A DNA stretch of 61,667 nt, the filler included, from Sphacelaria rigidula (taxonomy: Eukaryota), in assembly GCA_964200075.2 (NCBI GenBank). It is 5 parts of 5 records of this genome, joined end to end, with 100 filler letters (N's around TTAATTAATTAA, not from the genome) between each part and the next. Parts side by side here need not be neighbours in the genome. Positions count along the whole stretch, not along the records: positions 37,065 to 49,316 come from CAXNAA020003958.1; positions 49,417 to 61,667 come from CAXNAA020003959.1; 3 more parts are not named here. One strand, written 5' to 3'. Position 1 is the stretch's first letter, and each line of letters opens with the position of its first letter. Shown here in pieces: positions 38,442 to 50,794 of this stretch. Under the pieces are notes generated by a model. The model saw only the letters and a program-made list of their open reading frames with translations. It searched no databases and was not told the origin of the DNA. The position numbers and the translations under genes were made by a program.

Positions 38442-38959
38442 GTGTAAACACCTCACATTACATGTATTATGCAGATTTTACCTCGGCTCCCATTACACTT
38501 TTCTGCGGGGGATACCGCGGCAGCACTCGCAAAGCCGTCGCTTTCTCGCCCATTATTTAGACCCACCGCACCAAAAGTGATGAAATGGCTCAACACCATC
38601 GAGTGAAATACAGTCTGTGTGTGTATGTGTGAGAGAGAGACCGACTCTACGATAGCCCCACCCCAACAAGTGCAATTTTTACCGACCCAAAAAGCACGAA
38701 TCGCGTGTTTTCAAGCGAACACAAGTTTGTCGGCTTGCCGATATTTGCTGGTTCATGAGCCATGGCATAGCGCTAACAGTGTGTGTACAGAATGCCGGGG
38801 TTTATCGTTAAACAAACCTGAGCTAATTGCTTCAGGACTAGCTCATTGCACCGGAGTAGTTGTACCGAACATGTATCCCAAGAACAAACAGCCGCAGCAA
38901 CGCGGCGCGCGTGTCAAACCGCCCAAAGTGGAGGTGTGTAACACACATCAACACATCGT

Positions 38960-39381
38960 TCACGGAAAAGGAAAAGTGGACAACGGGAAGACAACTAAAT
39001 GGCTCACCTCCCACGTACAAGGGTGTTGTTTTGTCGTCCCATCTATTCTGGACGCCGGTCTACACCTTTCGGTATATGTGGGCGCACCGGCCGGGGTCAC
39101 ACAGGAGGAAGGCCAACAACACAGGAGTTTTCTTCTCTCTTTTGTTTTCAGTACTCCACCTCCCTCCTGCGGCGCTTGCCTTTATTTTTTTATCGCGAGA
39201 GCAGTTCAGCAACCCCTTTCCCTCGTCGACCATTGCGTCGAATTTTGTGTACCCACGGTATCGTCGCGTTCAACTACTGGGCATTGTGTGAAGAAAAAAT
39301 CCCAGATGGCTCCGAGATTTGAATCCACGACCCAACCATGAAAAAGGGTTTCGAGGTAACCAACTGAGCCACCGGGGCGAC
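38960..39381 (-). mobile_element. tRNA-derived SINE
   Basis: Minus strand starts GTCGCCCCGGTGGCTCAGTTGG (A box) ... GGATTCAAATCT (B-box-like). The body is shared with 55670-55890. 3' end approximate. Confidence 0.7.
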
Positions 39382-41428
39382 TGGCTTTAGGGGTGACGCA
39401 AAGTAAATTATAATATTTTCGCGCGAGGCGCGATTATGGCCGAGCGTTTGAAAAGCATCACTCGGCAGAAATCGAGGACCCACCCGGAATCAGGGAAACA
39501 AGTATCGCATGGAACATGTCCTAGGCAGCACAAACACACCCATGCTCTGTCTCGTGTGCTATAGCTGTCGCTGCGCTCCGTCTGTGGGCCAAGTGCCAAC
39601 TAGATGAGGGAACAAAAAACGTTGGGGTCTTGACGACGGATGACAAAAAAGCACACGACCGTCCTGCTTTGGCTTTGTTGTTTCCAGACAGTCACATCAC
39701 CCATCCTAGAGTAAGAGCATTGCGTCCTCCATCACTTCGCATGGATCTCATTATTACTCGGGCTATACACACCCACTGTAGGGCTTGAAGTCGTCTGAAG
39801 CGATAGCAGTAACCGGCGGTCCGAGAACAGACGCTCGACGGCGACCCCGTCGATCATATTCGGAAGATCTGCGCGTGATATCTCTCCTGGTGTATCCCAG
39901 CTTCGTCCAACATCAGACCAGTATAAGCAAGAAATACCATCGAGAAATTGCCCAACGATTTACCCTCCTAAACCGAGCAGTCTGGTCTCGTGCTGACTTA
40001 CCGTGTTTTAGGGCCGTTCTTCGCACGCGGTGGGCGCACGAATTTTCCACTGGGGGGCAATGTCTCCACGGGAAACACGCCGTGAGCAAGGCCTGTGGCT
40101 CTGACAGCGGGCACACGTGCTCTTCGCCGATGCGGCATCTGCAGTGTCTTCGACACAACAAGGCAGCGATTGATTTTGAAATGATGATTGACCCTCAGGG
40201 TATGGCGAGGTAGTGAAGTCTGCCTACGGAACGATAAAGGCAGGGTTGATGACAGGCCGCGAAATGAGTCTGAGGGTTGGGGGTAGCATCCGATGTGTAT
40301 CGCTATTTCCGACGCCTGCATTCTTGTTTGTGGAACTACTGTTTTTGCATGAACGTTACACCCACGAATATTATCTGCAGCTATGAGCCAGTCTTACGCG
40401 TTGGCACTCACCCGCAAGATAGCTGGCACGACGCCTTCACCATTTCCGGAGTAGACGTAGCGTCTGTCGGACATCCAACCGGTGATGTAGATCGCCATTT
40501 GTGCTGATCGTGCTCTTGAGTGTGGGGGGAGCGCAACAACCGAAATTTATGAAGCAAAGGGAGACATTTTTCCTGATGAAATTCGGTTCAACCGCATATA
40601 CAGTTGCCGCACGCAGCAGTAGTAGATGATCCGCAACGAGCAAGTACTGTGACGAGCCAGAATCACCCGCATCATTGCTAACATGTTTCATTACTAGGGG
40701 TTCAGCATGTGTCCCCCAAGAGTAGCTTCATACGAGCCTCAGTCAGGCCTCCGTAGGAGGTGCACATTTGGCCCCAAATGTTCCTCATTGAAGGGCTCCT
40801 GTAATTAGGAGCTACAGAATATATGGGTGAGGACATGTTCGTCTTACAACTCGTTCGAGACATCCCTAGCCCAATGGGATGCTCTAATACCAGGGGAAAG
40901 TGAAAATAGGGACCATCGAGTATGTGCTCCGAGCTATGACGTACTTGGCACATTAGAACATGGCGAAAACAAAGAGCACACCTGCATCGTGCGTTACCGA
41001 CCAGTTCGTACATTAACCATACTTGAACCAAAACTCATTTGTCAAACTGTACAAAACAGTATTGTGGTGAATCGCATGTTCCTACCGTCACGACCCACCC
41101 GGTGTTGAATGAGCGCGCGAAGGCACATGATCGAAATCGCGACAATATGGGCGCTTGCTGGCTTTCCCCCTTCTCCTCTCAAAGATCTTTGCAGTGTTTA
41201 TCTGAAATCAATGCACATCTAATAGCAGCGGATCCAGCGCGTTCTCTGTCCATGACATAACAAAGCGGCGTGCCCAACATCCCAAGCGAACATCACACGG
41301 AGACACGACAACCCAGCACTCCGGACCAGTCAACTAGGAGCTATCATGCTTCGAAGGTGGAGAATGGGGTACGCCGATCACAGACGGTCTTCGTATGAAA
41401 TCAAGAAGTGAGGATTGGCGTTAACTTA

Positions 41429-41605
41429 GGCCAACTCTCATGGAAGCGTTTAGAATTTTATTTTGCAACAATTGCCGACGACTTTTCTTTTTCTTTGCCG
41501 CAGTTGTGTATTTTGTGCCCGTTCACCATGATGACAAAGAAAAAACAAAACTCCTCTGACATTTGTTGCAAAATAAAATTTCAAACGCTCCCGTGAGAGT
41601 TGGCC
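41429..41605. mobile_element. Tourist-like (PIF/Harbinger) MITE, 177 bp
   Basis: GGCCAACTCTCA... / ...TGAGAGTTGGCC with about 55-bp imperfect TIRs. TTA flanks both ends (41426-41428, 41606-41608). Confidence 0.8.
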
Positions 41606-42429
41606 TTAGAACCCAAACTTCTCAGGGTCGACAAAAATCGCCCAAAACGGTCCGGGGCTGATGATTCACTCAATGATGTTAGTGGCACTCGATGTATATC
41701 TCAGAGCTTTGTGCTTCTAGTTCGAAGTGGCGTCGTGTCTCAGGACTAGGAAGGTGTTGGCTCCTCAAACTGAGGGATGTTGGTGCCTGGTCTCCTCTGA
41801 CCGGTGTAATCAAAGCGGCGATTCGTTCAAATTTTCTCTACTCTTTCTCGAAAAATAAGTGTTTTTTCCGTGACCTATCCCGAGAACAGATCGCCGAAGA
41901 CCGAAATCCAACGCAAGATCAATCGCAGAAATCTGTGGTCGATCTTCACTCAATCCATTTCCTGACCTGGTTGAGAAATCTCCTCTCCGATGTTTCGGGT
42001 AAAACTTTCTTTTCCCGTAAAATTCGGAGATTTCGGAGGGAGGGGATGGGGAAGGGGGGGGATATATCCCTGAATAATACCCCTTTGCTCTTGGAACGGA
42101 ATATTTGCATCCTCCAAGCCGATTTTCCCCAGACGGGGTGAAATGAAAGTCAGGATACAACATCGCGTCCTCGAATTATTGCTGAATTTCGGGTATATTT
42201 CGGATGCTGAAGGTTGAGTATGCAGCTCTCGTCCCCACAATCGGTTCCTACATGTATACCTACACCTACCCCACTACGATCCTATGATACATTTTGTTTT
42301 TTCGCTTTCTGGCGGAGGCAGTGTCAAGAAGGCTTGCAGAGCCGGAACTCGCGAAGGAGTTTCTCAGAAGCATTTGTTATACAAACGGCACTGGAGTGCC
42401 CGCCGCGGCAAGTGTTGATCCCTGTCACA

Positions 42430-42950
42430 CTGCCACGTGAGCTCCCCGCGTTGGATGCCTCGTGAACATCGAGGCCGCAGCGAACGCACCGCTTAGATGG
42501 AACACGGATCCCACTGGAGCAACCGATCGAGAGTTGAGAACATGTGTGTCAATGTTTATGTACAACTATCGTTATATTATTTCATGTAGAAAGGTCTACC
42601 AAGACTACGCTCGAGACATGCCTATCGCCCTCAACCACCACCCGCAGACTACATGACCCGGCAAGTACTGGTGCCCACCGCGTGAGCTTGCCGCAATCCA
42701 TATCTCATCAACATCGAGGCCACGGCGAACGCACAGCTTAGATGGAACAAAAAACCCGCCGGAGTCGCCGCACGAAGTGCAACAATACATGTATGCATTT
42801 TTTCTTATGTACAAACATGGTTATGTATCGTACAACCGATATCTCATTATCCAAATCATTGGGGCCACGACGAGCGCACCGCCTAGATGGAACACAAAAA
42901 CCACAGGAGCCACCGACCGAAAACACAAGAATCCATGCGTGCGCTTTCCC
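42430..42950. repeat. Degenerate tandem repeat, 3 copies
   Basis: Block GGCC.C..CGA.CGCAC.GC.TAGATGGAACA recurs near 42465, 42710 and 42860. Confidence 0.7.
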
Positions 42951-43568
42951 CGTGTACAGTAATCGTCACATGTTACCATGCAGAAATGTCGATGGAGACT
43001 ACCGTCGAGATTTTCCCCTCTCACTCACCAGCCCTCCTCAACACCAACACTGCCATCGTCACAACCACCAACACCCACCGCCACCACCACTGATAAAACA
43101 AAAACACCATCATCAAGACTGACTCGCAGCGACAACAACGACTCGTACGGCGATGACGAACAATGACGTACAATGACAAACACTGACAAACAATGACAAA
43201 CAACGACAAGGACAGAGAAAAAATACAGACGTAAAGAAAAAAACAAATCCACATAAACACGGACCCACATATCCCTCCGAGGAAATCACATCACCGACAT
43301 ACACTCCCATAACTTCCACACGCACTGACCAAATATAGTCATGCAGGAGGTCAATCGACAATGAAGTATACTACCGCGATAGAGGTTTGCTTATGAAACA
43401 ACAATGTAGTGTTTGTGTACTGGTTTCTGGCTTCAATTCCCACAGACACGTGACTCACACCCCATACTTGATTTACGTGATCACTCCTTTAGAAATACCA
43501 TGCACCCCGTTATAATCGGGTACAACGTCGTCCTCGACCTTTGCGTTTCGACACTATCATTTGTCACG

Positions 43569-45524
43569 TTATACATACGGATCGGTATAAGTAGTCTGCC
43601 TAGTGACAGGGTGCGTCCAGCACGTCTTCCCATTCGCTGGGTCCACCCCCCTTACCCACAGAGGCTGCTCCAAAATCACCGGAGTCCTTCTCCCACCACC
43701 TCTCCCATCACCCTCTCTTCCCGCCCCCGCTCCACCGCTACTCCGTGGAATGATGGGCAAGTACACCGTCTCCCAAGGGGCGGCCGCCTGTCCGTACGGC
43801 GGAACGTGCATGACTGGCTGCTGTGCCAGGGATGTGTACACCAGCTGCGGAGGCCCGCCCATGGCCCCCGCCCCCGCACCGTTCACGTATTGCGGGTATA
43901 CAATTTGACCTGAAGTGGACAGGGAGGAGCACGCGGACGGTGAGGGGGGGAGAGGGTCAGCAGATTCAGTGTTCGTATCCCATTCCATGTGAGAGCCAAG
44001 GCTGAAGATACCCATATGAAAACCGAGAGTTTCGGACCTACGTGACTGCCGCGAGAACGCGCGTTTCGTAAGGACTTGTGACCCCATCTGTATATTGATG
44101 ATGATGAGGAGAGTTTTGATTCTCACGTTAGCTAAGCGTAGGTTGCCAATTTCGTTGAGTTTGTTTCGGGAGACGGGAAGTTGGGGTTTAGGTTTCGTAA
44201 CGTCTCACACGGTCGAGGATTTCCTGCCCTCCCTCGCCTTCCTCTATCCCGTTCACCCGTGCCCCGTGCACATCCGATAGCGCATGATGGAAACGCGAAC
44301 ACCCAGTAGAGCAGAACCTCGCAACACAGCAAAACATATAAACACTGCCCCGTGGCCATCGCATGATCTGTAAACGGCGGCCCGTTCAGCTTATTGGCCA
44401 CCACGCCTTTCTTGAAAGTAGTACTGTTGCCACTTTCCGCTTGCCTAGGCTAAAGGCGTCGCGTATCATTGATCTCGTGCCATGGTCAACGCAGTGGCAA
44501 TGAGAGTGCCACTTGCCTTTTGGCTATTGTGTCAATATTAAGAATAGGCTTGCTTTGCATCCGTAACATGTGACACACATACTGTATATCGAATGACATG
44601 CAAATCAAGGGCAGGTTAATTCCGGGTAACTATCCTGGAACCTGAAGATCATACATACCCACCCCCCAGATTGTTCTTTCAACCATGTCGACCGTCCATC
44701 TTTTTCTGACATAGTGTCGGCACTGACCGGCGCACAACTACCTCGTGGCTACGATAAGATTCTCGATGCGACATCCGACGGGCACGATTACCCGCTGTTA
44801 TTATGCTATGCGTCTGTTGTAACCGCTTACTATTACGCTACACGACCGTTGATAGACTTGCGCTACAGCTAAGAGGGTGAAAAACTCGTAGTAGCCTCCG
44901 TGGCTGAAGTTGGGGCGAACGTCCATATCGAAATCTAGAGTTTGTGTATGTTTTCCATCAGCCCGATTAGACGGTGTTTTGCTTATATATGTTGTTTGGA
45001 TAGACTGCCTTCTCAGCAACGCGGGTTGCACAGGTCCAAAGCAGTATTGCAAAACGAACTAAACTGGCTGTATGATGTTGTTCCAAGAGCGGATATCCGC
45101 TCTCGAGTACAACAAGAAACTAACTTGGCGCCGATCATCAGCAGGCCTAGCTTCGGAAACTGCAGGTCTCGATACTCCTGTACTGTGCGCGGTTGTTGTG
45201 TTGTACGATGCGTTGTTCGCCATCAAGAGACGGACGGTACTCATAGACTGTCGTATCCGCTTCTAGAATCTACTCGCGTACGAAACCACCGCCGGGCTGT
45301 CGAGCGGCGCTGGGTGCACATCACACGTGCACCAAACAGTCGGTAACGACAGCCAGATATTGCATGCATGCGGTTGGTATGAAGAGCAACTGAAGCTAAC
45401 ACAGAGGGTATGAAGTATCATTCCACCACACACACACAGCAGGCCTGGGCTACTGACCTTGTTCTTGATCAGCTTGCTGAGGAGGGCCAGTTACAATCAG
45501 CGGCGGAGGTCCTGTGATCGCCAT
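43569..45524 (-). CDS. Hypothetical small membrane protein with Pro/Tyr/Gly-rich tail and C-terminal WW-like domain
   Basis: Phase-consistent GT-AG model 45524-45458, 45182-45125, 44444-44257, 43909-43569. The upstream exons are less certain and extra exons near 44700-44935 are possible. Hydrophobic segment LYVLLCCEVLLYWVFAFPSCAIGC; C-terminus LWVRGVDPANGKTCWTHPVTRQTTYTDPYV*. Confidence 0.6.
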
Positions 45525-48500
45525 TTGTACTCTCGGCGCTCTCGGGTCTGTGGCTTCTTCGCGTGCGTTGCTGATGTTGCTGTCGCCCTGTTCCGTGGGG
45601 GCTAAGCCGTGTCTTGTGTGGTGTAAGCTATATGGGCTTGAGAGAGCTGAGAGCGGTGTTGTTGCAGCAGACAGCAGTTTCTTCTGTGGCGTGAGGATGT
45701 AATGAATGCGGGGGGTGACCGAGTTGGTGAGATCTGGTACTTGTACGGCAGGGTTGTAATGTTGTTTTCCAGCGACCAAGTGAGCAAAGGACGTCGAGCA
45801 TGTAAGGTGGCGTTTTGCTGCCAAACCGTTTTTCGCTCTATCCGTTATCAGTCTCGGGACGTTGTGATACAGGATAGCTGATCCTGAATACTGTATAGCC
45901 AAGCAGTAAAGCACCCGAACCGCATCAACATAAACCCGGAGAGGCATCGCTGCTTACCAATAGAGACAGGCGATGGAAGAGTAGCCTTTCCGTGCATATG
46001 CGATACGAGGTAGGTGTTGCTGTTTTGCTGCTGTATGCACGCCCTCCTGACTTTCGTGTTTCTAAATGATCAAATGATCGTTCGTCCAAAACCTACCGCG
46101 CGGAACGGTCGTTTTCCCCCCGCATGCGGCTGCTCGTGGCATAGCCGATCTACGCAAATGCGTCCAGTAGCCAATGATATCCGCCCAACGCACATGTACT
46201 GCTACTGCGGATCTTCAGGTCTATGGTGCGTCCATACCTTGTGCCTGGCTGGATCTGCTGCGGTATACCTGCATTCGACAGTCGATCGCCGTCCAACTGC
46301 CGCTGAAAGGTAGCCGTGCAATACGTATACTACTGTAAGAAAACGTACTTCCGCCTTGGTTGCCGAAAACGTCCTCAGATAGAGCCCGTAGCTGATCGAA
46401 CCAATGAAAATTGTGAGAAAAGCAACTGCTCTGCTTGAACACTATACACGGGTTAGGAACGGAAAATCACGTGTGGAATCGGCGGTATGTCGCCATTCGG
46501 ACCGATGCTGGCAAACGAGGGAAACTGCTCAGCTTTCAGCACCAGGATACTGGCTTGGAAACTGGCCGGTGATATTTTTCCCAACTGAGGCCTTCCGTAC
46601 TGCCCAACAACTGCTGCTGTACTGTACTGACTGCGTCCTACCTAGCTGTACTGGTTGATACGTCACTATACTGCTGTACACGTAGCTATCCTGTTGGTGC
46701 TTCAGTGCTGCAGAAGTTACCGTTCAAACGGGAAAGTTTATGGTTTTGGGAAGTTTCCGCAGATTGTTCCATATCCGCTCAGAAGTTGTGGAATCACGTG
46801 AACGTTGCACTAACAAGTTGTTCACCCGAGCGTTAGAATTAAGTCTAGATCCCAGTTATTTGGCTGCAAGGCGCAGCCGTAGTCAGGCTTCTGAAAACGA
46901 AGATGTTTCGCGTGTGAATGCACAACCTGCCCTCGTCGTGCGGCAAGAATGTACACAACGTTTTCGACACTTGTGACATTTCATTCGAGTTGACTGCGAA
47001 TAAAAGGAAGATCAAACCGGTGTAGCGATGGAAATAACACGAGAATGCGAGTGAGTTTCGAAGCTGCCTTGCCACCGCGCCGCACCTCATAAGTAAGGGG
47101 TGCACATATGGTCTCGTTCACCTCTTACCTGGACCAAGAGATATGACAACGCTTTGTTTCCAGCAAAACATTTTCCACAATTGCGATGTTCGGGCAATAC
47201 GAGACAAATATCTTACCTCATGAGAGGTGATGTTACCCGTACTTCGGTTACAATACAGCGCTGCTCTCGGTTGTAGCGCCAAAACCACAGTAGCTAGGAA
47301 TTACGAAAAATGAATCTGGGCGGTTGTTGACCAGAACGATCGGGATCGGTCCGTCCGAGCGAAAATATCGAACAGCCAGATCCTGTGGTTGTGTAGTCGC
47401 AGGACCCCTAATGACCTGCTGGGCCGGGAGTCGTTCACAATTGATGGCGAGACTGTTTTTTCTTTCGGATTGTGTTTCGAGCACGGCCGTGCCTCCATTC
47501 CCAGTTGTTGATATCAAGCGTTCACACCTGGACGAGCCATGAATTGATCGATTGACCTATTTGTACGTTACGAACCGAGTCGTGGTGACGATCAAAAGAT
47601 ACACATAACCAAGGTAAATACTCGAATGCGCACAAATATGGAGAAAAGGGGACAGCATAAAGGGTCAGGTGTAAAACTGAAGAAGGACAGGAAGGGAGGA
47701 GAGGAACACAAGCCAAATGTCAGGCCAAGAACTAGTGTCGAACCTGAAAAATCACAACCAAGCAGCCGACCCGTTTCAAATGGCTTCAGGCATGGAGGCC
47801 TCACGAAAACAAAATAAATACAAAACAAGGCCATGGAAGCGGACTATCACCGAAATAAACGGAGATCACACAAGTTAGGCAAAGACTCTCACCGACGATC
47901 TCCGCAGGAGCCGACGGTGACCGACAAAACTCTCAAAACGTTCGCTTTGACCGAAAATGCCCCGGTCGTGCGTTGTCTAGCTATGTATGGGCACACTATC
48001 TGCGCGTCTTTCTATGCAAGCGTTGTGTCTTTTTTATGTCCCGATCGGTCGAAATTTTGTTTTACGAACACCCGAGAGTGCGTCGTCCGACTGAGATGGT
48101 CTAACATGGCCGCCATATGGCGTCGTGGCGTATCGGTAAAGTTAATGTACAACAGCTTGGCATACCGCTGATGGCGGTTCGGTTCATATCTTCTGTTTGA
48201 CGTTTGAGGCATGAGCTTCGCTCTTTGCCACTGGTCCGTCCTTTTCCTGCTCCACATATTTCGATTCATTTCCCGGCGACTAGTCCGCCTCCACCCGACG
48301 GGTTTCTGTGTATTTATCTAGCAACGAACCATCTCGGCGACCGCATGCGCACATAGACTGCACACATGTTGCTGATGGTGTTTACCGTTCTAGTTCGCCA
48401 TCCATCCAACACAGAACAACTTCACGGACCAGAGCGGACAACAAGACCTGGGTTCGCCTGGCACATGCAAGTGTTGCGCTTTGTCTTTGTACGGCATGTC

Positions 48501-49316
48501 TGGAGGCCGTGTGTAGAGACGGTATGCCATTTTTGACCGCTGAGACTGCGCCGGTGCTGTTGTAATGTGTATCGATCGCATTTCCATGCATCGAACATCC
48601 GTAGACAACTCATGCTTGCGGCATGCTTGCACTAAAGTAGATCTTCTGGTACAAGCCGGTAAAGCAACAAGACCGATGAGCGCTGAATACATGTTCACTT
48701 CTTCGCTAAAGTGTATTATGATGATTTGTGTACGAAGCACACGCCATGGCAATAGCAGTAGTCGTGTTGTACCAACCACTTCACGAAAGAAGGCGTCTCT
48801 CCGTCTGTCGCGGTGCATTGTTCCTCATACCACACACGGTACAAATTGAACATGAGATGAATCGCGCTACCGTTACGGTCAAAGGGATCTGAACCATGAG
48901 CGAAGGCGATCGTGTAAACAGAGACGTTTGGTGTATCTTTTTTGTGCGCCGCCTTCTTGCTTCAAACACTTAAACGAGATGTCTATCTGCAATGAGTTGC
49001 CGCATGTATGAAAAACGGACAACATGCTCTTTGCCTGGGGTAAAGCGAGGCGGTGTGCACGACATTTCGACGATCATTGAAAAGCATCAGCATCACAACT
49101 CAGAGTTGCCCTTTAGTCGGCCGAGAGCCGCCAGACTCCGGAGGGGGTGAATATATACTTATGGTTTTACATACCGTATTCATGAGACCATTGACCTCGC
49201 ATCCCTACAAAGCCGGAACGGAGCACGCCGGGAATTTCGTGAATTCGTCCGAACATGCTCGGCGGGGCGGGGGAGGAGGGGGGGGGGGCGGACTCATTTG
49301 TTGCTTGCCTTAGTCG

Positions 49317-49416
49317 NNNNNNNNNNNNNNNNNNNNNNNNNNNNNNNNNNNNNNNNNNNNTTAATTAATTAANNNNNNNNNNNNNNNNNNNNNNNNNNNN
49401 NNNNNNNNNNNNNNNN
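49317..49416. other. Artificial contig linker N44-TTAATTAATTAA-N44
   Basis: Seen directly. Confidence 0.97.
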
Positions 49417-50794
49417 CCCATTTCCGAGAATCGGCTGTTTATTGCTTCTTTGAAGACGCTTTCAGAAATGATTGCACGTGAGCATCAGCCGACATCAAGA
49501 GTTGACACTACCACTGGCTCTGCGTTTCAGTTGTTGAAAGCAGTGTACTGCACTTTGTCGTATCCTTGCAGATAGAATAGACATACTCAACCAGCTCAAG
49601 ACGCCTGCACGTCTACACGATCTCCATTGGTCAGCGGACAAATAACCGAGGCCCGATTCCAACTGACACCAAACTCTGGAATATGCCATACTGGCCGGGA
49701 TATAAGGGATCATGTCGCTACTCTCAATACTTGAGATCAGCCGCGCAGTACGCTCTACCCGCGCGTGGGTGTCCTGTGCCGAGCCGTCAGCCTCCGTACA
49801 GAAATCATCGCGCACTTTTGACCTTGTCCCTGGAAACACACAAATCTGTCCCCATGTATCTCAACAACCTCAGACTCTCGGGTCTTGCCATGACTGTGAA
49901 AGCCCGATTGTACGTAGCCAAATCGACGACGAGTAGAAGGAGAAGTTTTGACCAGTATATGACCAAACCAAAAGAGTGTCCGACATCCGAGGTAGTCAAA
50001 ACCCCTGTCCCAGGTAGCGCATGCCCGGCATATCCGTCAATCTGGGAGCAATACCCCATCGAGGAGGACCGAATCTAAAGTGGTATCCCGATAACAAGGA
50101 CAAACTTTCACTTTTGCCAAGATCCTGAGAATATGCGACTCTCGGTATCCATAAAAATCCGACCTCGTCCAACCAAGCGCATGTGAAAGCCGCACCGTCT
50201 GATTATTCGATGAAGTGTGTTGATTTGCAGTTGCTACTGCTTCTGCCGCCGCCTTGCTAGCTGCTGGGAGACAGCGCAGTCATGCGAAAACTCGTGTTTA
50301 TAGCAGCAGTAATGAATACTAGACACGGAAAGCTACGTTAACTTAGTCACCCCGCAACTCTGTGTCATCTTGCCACCAATAGGCATACGCATAGCATTAA
50401 TCAACAGCTTAGGAAAAGTGGAGAGGCAATCGCTGTGTAAGCATCAGCGATACAGCATACCCCCACAACACGTGTGTGCAAAAGAGATCGGGGCGTTTCG
50501 CCTCGTTGTGTATCGTTGATCACGGGATATTTGTGCAAGGACGGTGAAACTCAGGAGGTACGCCTGCTTGGGTTTTACATATGTTTTAGACACGAGCGTT
50601 CTTGAGGTGTAGCCTTCAAGTAGAAAATTGGAACCACGTTCAAATGCGTGTTCAGTAATTGTGTTACAGAAGTATATATACTGAATGCAGACGAGTGTGG
50701 TGAGTACAGGGGCACCTCCCTAGTGCCACATGCTCGTGAACTTCTCATCATTTACGAACTGGTCCAGCGTAGACGTGAACTTGTACTTTGCAGG

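Noticed and set aside
38619..39341. 240-aa ORF
   Set aside because: Largely spans the antisense strand of a SINE and has no protein-like features.
39290..39381. tRNA gene
   Set aside because: A and B boxes are present, but I could not form a cloverleaf and the sequence continues into a dispersed repeat body, so it is a SINE head.
39785..41110. Short ORFs with weak WGQMC/WGQIC likeness to 49500-50200
   Set aside because: The similarity is a few residues among many stops, and no family or splice model could be supported.
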